A DNA stretch of 19,506 nucleotides from Tubiluchus corallicola (Eukaryota; Animalia; Priapulida), in NCBI GenBank assembly GCA_030141605.1, contig JAQGDQ010001951.1, forward strand, positions 1 to 19,506, given 5' to 3'. This document shows positions 12,584 through 19,506 of this stretch, in pieces. Each line of letters begins with the position of its first letter. The stretch's first letter is position 1. Both the position numbers and the translations under genes were made by a program. The notes beneath the pieces are model-generated. The model was not told where the DNA came from. It worked only from the letters and a program-made list of their open reading frames with translations, and made no database searches.

Positions 12584-12653
12584 TATATATATATGTGTCC
12601 GTATATATATATGTCCGTATATGTATATAAGCTTATATATATATATATATATA
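12551..12653. repeat. Interrupted (TA)n microsatellite
   Basis: Direct reading. Confidence 0.9.
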
Positions 12654-13572
12654 AGCTTAATTTATTTTGAGTGGATTTACAACACAGTAACTATTACTGA
12701 TCACAGTATTTCCACTACGTGCAGTGATGAAATATACAATTAGTTAGTCTAATATGTAATAACTCAAAATAGTTAATTCAAAAATACGACTAGTTCATTA
12801 GTTAATACTTAATTAGAATTTACAAAACCCATACAATAGATACGATAACAGAAACGATTCTCGATGTACATAAGCCTATAAGCCCATGCAAAATATAATT
12901 TGTACATTGTAATGTACAATGTTGCTACTTAATTCAGAAATCCAATACATGTGGAATTAGGACAATTAGTGTTGTACTACAATCAATGTCTGCCATATTC
13001 CAACAAAATATTGTAGTGTTTTATACGTCATTTCTATTAAAAAAAAATAAAAAAGGCCATTTTACAAATTTGCATTAAATTCTGTAGTAGACTTTACTAA
13101 ACACAAAGATTAAATAAACCTAATTTGGTAATTTTACTAATTTATACCTCGTTCTATCAAACTTATAAGATTGTCATTCATTAAACTAAAATGTTCAAAG
13201 TGATCAGTTCATATTAATTCAAAATAATACAAAATGATGTATTTACTTACATCGTATGTCTCCATAAAGCAAATCTAGTATTTACCAATATATCTGACAA
13301 ATTATGCCACTACCATACTGTGAAAAACTACTTTTAAAGAAGCCTGTTAACGTCTACCAACTAACTCACTTGCCCAGGTAGAAACAGATCTGCACAGGTG
13401 AGTGCCCGTGGTCACGTGACCAACGAGATACTTGCCGAAATTCCCTACAAGTGTAATATTACAGTTATTACAACAGAACGTTGATTCCTAGCATAAGTCG
13501 ATTATTAATGAGTACTTGATTGAGATTATATATATTATATTAGGATTATAATAATTATTTCATATTTTTCAG

Positions 13573-13913
13573 TGGATGCATTCCGGACTTGTTACAATGA
13601 CCGGGGAGACCTTGTTCGTTGGACAGAAGAAAGTATCATTCTGAATACCGAAGATGGCGCCACCAGTTTTATTTCTCCAAGCACGTGTACCAAAGACGAC
13701 GTTCATCGGGAGGATTGTATCGAAACACTGGAGATGACTAAAGAGCAAGTGGACTACGTTGTAGATCTGAGCGAGTACGTTACAGAGCGTGTTGATCTAC
13801 CAATCGACTGGATCAGTAATCTAACAGAGCGAAAGTACTTCGCGAACGAAGAACTGTGGCATCTGGCACAGGACCTCGAAACTCTTGTGATGGAGGAGTT
13901 GTTTGGGGTATAA
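13573..13913 (+). CDS. Exon F, end of pentraxin domain plus linker and probable start of a SEA-like domain; ends at stop 13911-13913 or splices at 13907/13908
   Basis: Acceptor atatttttcag| (phase 1). Encodes (V)DAFRTCYNDRGDLVRW (pentraxin C-terminal C...G..V.W) ... ERVDLPIDWISNLTERKYFANEELWHLAQDLETLVMEELFG(V*). GGG|GTATAA could be a donor, so the 3' boundary is uncertain. Confidence 0.85.
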
Positions 13914-14020
13914 AAGTCCGACAACCGTTAGGATAACCCTTCCATTTTCGATGTCAGTTTTTTAACAGTGTGTTTTTTCATGTTCGTAAAGAAGGTCCCC
14001 TTCAACAAATCCGCCCCACA

Positions 14021-14415
14021 AACGGTGTTTTGCGTTAAACGTATAGGAATTTAGTCATTTCTTTATTTGGTTAATGCCTTCTATGTTAAAAATATTAACT
14101 GCAGTTTATCTAGTATTTCATTTGCATGATAATGACAGTTTTGGCTTGTTTTAGAGCAAACTTCAGTAATATAACAGATAATTGGCCCAGTATCTGAAAT
14201 CCTCCCAATATTGTTGAAATTTCAGATATATTGGGAGGATTTCAGATACTGGGCCAAAGGGGTTATATTACTGAAGTTTGCTCTAAAACAAGCCAAAACT
14301 GTCATTATCATGCAAATGAAATACTAGATAAACTGCAGCTAATATTTTTAACATAGAAGGCATTAACCAAATAAAGAAATGACTAAATTCTTATATGTTT
14401 GACGCAAAACACGTT
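14021..14415. repeat. ~395-bp near-perfect palindrome (arms about 195 bp, centre 14219/14220)
   Basis: 14025-14175 pairs with 14262-14412 (4 substitutions seen); 14182-14211 pairs perfectly with 14228-14257; central TGAAATTTCA is itself palindromic; one 6/4-nt internal loop. Confidence 0.97.
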
Positions 14416-14487
14416 CGAGAATTATCGAGAATCACCAAAATAATAATTCAATTAAGTCCTATCTCAAGTTCTTCTCAATTGGTAACG

Positions 14488-14955
14488 CAGTAGCGGCTCG
14501 TGTATAGGTACTGTGGAACGGCAACACCCCCTGTTTTCACTCAGTATTATTGATAGTATTCAATATAATAAGTCTTTTTTCTTTAGTTCTATTCTTTACA
14601 CTTGTGCGGAACCAGAGCATGTGAGGTTAGTACTGTTTGCTTCACAGCCAAGCAGAGTGGTGTGCACAGCCACCATCTGCTGCTAAGTAGAGAAAGTGCT
14701 ATCGCTCACACAGTTTGCTGTCAGTTGTCACGTACTTAAAAACCGTGTACCCGCCTATTCTTGCACTGCAGCAATTTAGGCTATTCGTAAGCAAAAAACT
14801 TTTTGTTTGGGATTTTATCAAGTTTATTCATAAATTTTTGTATGTTTATTTGTTTAAAATTACATATGTTTGTTTCGTTTTACACAGTATTAAAACAATG
14901 ACGAAAAATTTTCTGAACCAGCACCCCCACTAATTTTAACTACGAGCTGCCGTTG
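14488..14955. mobile_element. Old hAT-like non-autonomous element
   Basis: Imperfect TIRs CAGTAGCGGCTCGT / ACGAGCTGCCGTTG (10/14); flanking 8-mers TGGTAACG / GGTTAACA match only 5/8. Confidence 0.45.
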
Positions 14956-15118
14956 GGTTAACATGTTATTCCTTTTCTTAATACATTAAGTTTAATGTTT
15001 CATCAGCTTTATAAATTTGTTGGTAATAATCCTTATCTAGATTATGTCATTACTCCCACAACTTTGCTACTGCTTTGGCTTCGTCCTCACTTTACTAAAT
15101 TATTGATTTTGTCCATTA

Positions 15119-15312
15119 CAGTCAACCTCGGATATAAGGTACTCGCTTATAAGGGACCATCAACAACGGTCACGATTTTTCGTAACGTTTTCCTTGTAAA
15201 AATCTTCGTATATAAGGTACTCGGATATAAGGGACTTTCGGTTATAAGGGACGATATCTTCAGGTCCCGCGTAATAGAAACCCTGGTAAATTACCTCGCA
15301 TATAAGGGACCC
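15119..15312 (+). mobile_element. Left end of a Tc1/mariner (pogo/Tigger-like) element
   Basis: TA|CAGTCAACCTCGGATATAAG start, followed by six copies of TCGnnTATAAGG(T/G)AC. No partner end found in the window. Confidence 0.65.
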
Positions 15313-15464
15313 TATGATCAAAACGAAATTGATCGATTTTTAACCCCAATTTTTCACATACTCTGCCTTCGAACAGCTCAGTTTCCGCGGTCACATACAT
15401 CTCGCATCACTGAAGGAGCTTCCTACATACCGTTTACACTGAATGTGTAGCAATGATCCATAAC

Positions 15465-16761
15465 CAGGGCACTTTATTTATGACTTTAGTCATAAATTGC
15501 ATAAATAGCTTATTTAATACTAATTTCAGATTTTATTTATGACTTGTCAAATTTTGACCAAAAATGCCATCCTGAGCTAAAAGAAATACATATTTTTAAT
15601 CAGAATCTTGTATTTTGCCTTTCTTCGTTCTTCATTACATTAAAATGTAATAAAAATGTCTACTTTCATCATTCCAAGGCCTGAAGTTTCTCGTATTGTT
15701 TTGCATGCAGGCATCCCTCCAGACTGAAATACGTGATCGTGTTTATAATAATTATAGTATCGGTTTTAATTTGTTTAGGATGACCTATAAAATTACTGCT
15801 CATAAAAATCAATCTATTAATTAATTCGTACAGTCACAATTCGTAGCCACAATTAGTACAAGTAAATAATGTATTTTTTAAATATCGATTTTAAATTTAA
15901 TGTTGGAAAATACTATTGGCTATTACATCTTTCTAGGGAACCGTCACGTATGTTTTCTAATTAAAATTGCATTAAGCAAAATAACTAAACAAGAAAAACA
16001 GTTAAATTTTAATGACAATGAAGCAACAAATTCTCCCAAAGATAAAATATGCTCAAATTCTAGCAGACGGCATTATTCTTATTTCTTGAGGATGAGGCAG
16101 TAAGGCACGGGAAACGCTTGCGGCAAACTCGAGCTAAAACCTACACCCAAGCCATTGACTTACGCCGCTTAGGGGTAAGCATCGAAGTTCGGTTCGATTC
16201 GAATTCGAAAGTCACAAATTCGGTTCGATTCGAATTCGCTTTCTGGTAGAGAACGCTCACCCCTAACGCCGCTAGGATGAGAAAGGCACTGAAATGAACG
16301 TGCAAAGAAAAGAATTAGAAGTGTAGATTTCTGTTATTGTGCAGAGCGTAGGTTTGAGGCGGCAGAACTTTAGGACATTAAAATAGGTAAGCTGTCTTTA
16401 ATTCAAATTTTCGATGGAACGACAACGATTCTGTCGGTGCCTATTTATTTTTTCGCGGTAACGCGCTCATTTACTTTTTATTATTTAGGTTGCTTCTAGA
16501 CGAGTTAATGACAGATAAACGCATCAGTTAGACAGTCTCAGTTACTGTGTTAGTCCACCAAACAGTCACGCGCAAGCTTCTTATGGACTGCCTGTGTGTG
16601 TGGGAGAGAGAGAGACGGTGGAAACAGTTTTCTGTACTGAATTTTTTGTTCCATTCATCGGGAAATGATTATTTTTCTTTCGTTATTTATGACAAATTTG
16701 AAATCTTATTTATGACTATTTATGACTATTTTGCAAGAAAAGTCATAAATAAAGTGCCCTG
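15465..16761. mobile_element. Non-autonomous hAT element (1297 bp)
   Basis: Perfect 23-bp TIR CAGGGCACTTTATTTATGACTTT / AAAGTCATAAATAAAGTGCCCTG; perfect 8-bp TSD TCCATAAC (15457-15464, 16762-16769); subterminal TATGAC repeats; no transposase ORF. Confidence 0.95.
16170..16265. mobile_element. 96-bp hAT-type micro-MITE nested in the 1.3-kb hAT
   Basis: TIR TAGGGGTAAGC / GCTCACCCCTA (10/11); perfect 8-bp TSD ACGCCGCT (16162-16169, 16266-16273); internal 20-bp direct repeat TTCGGTTCGATTCGAATTCG. Confidence 0.92.
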
Positions 16762-16856
16762 TCCATAACAATATCACATTTTCACGTTGACCATGAGTAA
16801 GTGCATATTCCTGTCTGTATGATGCTTTGGTAATTATTCACTTCATCCATAACGAC

Positions 16857-16962
16857 TACGTTTGAAACACCGGTTCTCGTCTGATCACCAAAGTTAAGCT
16901 ACGTAGAACTCGGTTAGTACTTAGATGGGTGACTACCTAGGAATACCAGGTGCTGTAGGTTT
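16857..16962 (+). pseudogene. 5S rRNA-like sequence (SINE head; not a functional 5S gene)
   Basis: AACACCGGTTCTCGTCTGATCACCAAAGTTAAGC...CGGTTAGTACTTAGATGGGTGACTACCTAGGAATACCAGGTGCTGTAGGT matches animal 5S rRNA; lacks about the first dozen nt, carries several transition substitutions, and has no oligo-T terminator. Confidence 0.93.
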
Positions 16963-17334
16963 GCGGGATGCCCACACTGCATCTCGACACTAGGCGGAGG
17001 AGCTGCACAAGCAGCCAACGGCTAGAGGGCGGAGGAGGTCAAGTGACCCAACGGCCATGTGTAGAGGAGTAAACCTTCCAAATCAGGAGTGGAGCCCTGA
17101 AGGCGGACCAGTCCAGCATGCTCACTGACTCCTGCAGCTCCTGCAGCCAACCTGGTGCCAAACGTATCGCTCCGCTTTCCTTTGGACTACACCGGGGAGG
17201 AAGAGAGGGGGTTCCTGTTGTCTGGGCAACTCAGGATCTCCATACACCTTGCCCAGGCGTGCGCCTTTGAGACGTTCACGGATCGGACTCTCTTGGCGCA
17301 CATTCTATTGTCTTCTGAGACAGAAGGATGCCAA
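16857..17334 (+). mobile_element. 5S rRNA-derived SINE (SINE3 class), body probably RTE-LINE-derived
   Basis: 5S head 16857-16962, GC-rich ~370-bp body with no TTTT run, terminal hairpin TCTTCTG-AGA-CAGAAGG, 13-bp TSD CATCCATAACGAC (16844-16856, 17335-17347). RTE similarity is from memory, not from a search. Confidence 0.9.
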
Positions 17335-17507
17335 CATCCATAACGACCACCGATTCGTGACCATCTGAGTCTGCAAACTGTGACCTGAAAAATGATAAAG
17401 CAAAAAAATGATACACTCATGTCTGGGTTTGCAAGACCAAATCGGAGAGACGTTTGTCTGGATTTGCTGATTGGCCGTATTTACCGATACTAAACTAATA
17501 CAGTAGA

Positions 17508-17600
17508 CAGGGCCTATTTCAGCCTAGGCGAAGCCCGGGGAAGTGGGGCGTGTGAGGCCCGGGGAAGTATGCCCACTTTCCCCCCTTGAAATAGGCCCTG
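17508..17600. mobile_element. 93-bp hAT-type micro-MITE
   Basis: Perfect 14-bp TIR CAGGGCCTATTTCA / TGAAATAGGCCCTG; 8-bp TSD ACAGTAGA (17500-17507) / ACAGTAGG (17601-17608), 7/8; internal direct repeat GCCCGGGGAAGT x2. Confidence 0.9.
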
Positions 17601-17790
17601 ACAGTAGGCGCCGTGTATCAGATTCACAGTAATGTAGAATCAACTGCCTAATTGTCTCAAAAACGACTAGTATGGGCCGCTCATATGCAAAAGTACATAA
17701 AAACTATCGGCAATTGACTCAACTAAACCCCTTAAACAAGCTGATAAAACCACAAAAACATGCGGACATAATGTGGTAAACAAAGTGACG

Positions 17791-17809
17791 GGTCGCCATC
17801 TAGCGGTCA
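17791..17809 (-). promoter_or_regulatory. CTCF-like motif
   Basis: Minus strand TGACCGCTAGATGGCGACC fits the CTCF core CC(A/G)CYAGRKGGC. Motif only; may be transposon-borne. Confidence 0.35.
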
Positions 17810-18537
17810 GTTCGTGAAACAACGCACTGTGTCCGTGTGCGGCACTTTTTAAGTGCAACAGCCTTTTTCCAGTGTATAATTAACTTTTAGTCCAATATCT
17901 CAAAATTCTCAACGGTGAAAAAGGACCACTTTTAATATGCTTAAAATGGACTATCAGAACATAAAAAATTTGGCTCGAAAATGCAAGGTTATGCCAAAAA
18001 TGGCTTCTGGCTGCCATGAGTATAATTAGTATACTAATAATATATAATAAGTATACTAATAATGAGCACAATATAAACAAATAAATTTATAAACGTAATA
18101 TGATTTGTATTATATCACACACTTAAATGTACAAGTTCATTTGAAGTTTGAAACATTGTCCTTTGCTCAAACATGGGAAGTTTCTTGGTGTTCAAGAGCA
18201 GAGAAGCAACCTCACCTCAGATTATCTTTGGACCAAACAGCCCATGTTAGCGTCATAGCTACGTCCCATTGTTGACGTTGTTGAGTTCAGAAACGGGGAT
18301 TGCCTTATTCATCGCACACAGTAGTTGCTGCTTTTTGGCGCCAGGTGGCCTTGTATCCATGGACGAACAACAAAACAAAAAAAATTGTTAGTGAGAGGTT
18401 TCATGTAAGATATGCAATGTCACAACGTGTTTATTGTCTTTGTTTAGTGTTTGTTGTCATGTCCCACGTGACTATTAGAATTCTTTGTAGATTTAACCCT
18501 TTACTGCTTACCAAAAACGATGTATACAGTCTGTTAA

Positions 18538-18885
18538 CCCTTTCAGTCCCAAATTATTTTTTTAATAAAAAAATTCTGGCTTCGTACGTTTATTCAGTAT
18601 GTCCATCTTGTTTACACATGATAATTATTTTTTTCTACCTGTGCCCGTGTGCTGAATATAGCCTGTATCCCACGGGATACATTGGGATTCAATGGTTGCT
18701 AAACATGATAAAAAGCAAATACTGTATATTTGAAAATCTGAAGTTTATTCAATACATTTAAGAAAGTCCTGGCTTAAATCAAATTAACTATTAACAGATC
18801 AAATAACTGTCAGTTTTAAAATTTTATTAATTTTAAAGGCAGAAAATATTCTCGTATCCCACGGGATACAACGGGTATGAAAGGG
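18538..18885 (-). mobile_element. piggyBac-type MITE, copy 3 (348-bp variant)
   Basis: TTAA at 18534-18537 and 18886-18889; perfect CCCTTTCA/TGAAAGGG ends; both end regions match copies 1 and 2 but the interior (~18696-18769) differs and is shorter. Confidence 0.93.
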
Positions 18886-19123
18886 TTAAATCGATTTTTA
18901 AATCGAATATTTTATTGTAAATCAGCTCAACAATCTAGTTGGGTTAGACAAAGTGTTCTTTGGTGTTTTTTGACTAGGAAAAGTTGGAAAAAATTACGGT
19001 AAGAGTTGAATTGACGCATGTCAACCAGCGTGGCTATTACTAAATTGACGGACATTTTACACTAAAAATGGCCGACAGAAGAAGTTTTGTCAGAGGTGCT
19101 GTTAGAAGTATATTTTGCATTAC

Positions 19124-19406
<283 letters not shown>

Positions 19407-19506
19407 ATATATATATATGTTTATTGACTGATTAAAAGATAGTCGAACATGATATTTTGGTTCAGTCCATAGATCACTACAAAAAAGTGCTAAATTATAG
19501 CTAATA

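Noticed and set aside
13378-13397. Micro-exon between CCCAG and GTGAGT
   Set aside because: 20 nt would shift the frame, and exons E and F already join correctly.
14148-14160. GTTTTAGAGCAAA resembling a Cas9 repeat or sgRNA scaffold start
   Set aside because: Only a 10-nt match inside the palindrome arm; no array, tracrRNA or cas gene.
16857-16962. Functional 5S rRNA gene
   Set aside because: 5'-truncated, mutated, no oligo-T terminator, and enclosed with downstream sequence by a TSD, so it is a SINE head.
18259-18324. Candidate next exon LRPIVDVVEFRNGDCLIHRTQ, resembling the SEA FRxGS motif and phase-compatible with a donor at 13907
   Set aside because: No polypyrimidine tract before the AG, weak donor, early in-frame stop and no match to the exon A pattern; likely chance, though RNA-seq junctions would settle it.

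Overview
AT-rich eukaryotic (probably invertebrate animal) genomic DNA; there are no prokaryotic operons and no CRISPR array. The window holds six GT-AG exons of one + strand gene (<1-162, 3782-3909, 5585-5745, 8616-8722, 10664-10828, 13573-13913, or ending at 13907 if spliced). They join in frame, with matching intron phases, into about 353 aa containing a complete, divergent pentraxin (PTX/LamG-like) domain flanked on both sides by segments resembling halves of SEA domains. The gene starts upstream of the window and may continue past it. Almost all long ORFs in the track are repeat artefacts. Introns and the downstream region contain a 1.7-kb 40-bp minisatellite, long microsatellites, three copies of a TTAA-flanked piggyBac-type MITE, a 5'-truncated CR1/L2-group LINE, a 1.3-kb hAT element with a 96-bp hAT MITE nested inside, a second 93-bp hAT MITE, a Tc1/mariner-like end, a 5S-rRNA-headed SINE3 with a 13-bp TSD, a ~395-bp near-perfect palindrome just after the last exon, and a degenerate foldback with tRNA-like arms. 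I cannot demonstrate a wholly new system; the best leads are the SEA-PTX-SEA protein architecture, the 5S/RTE-like SINE and the large palindrome.
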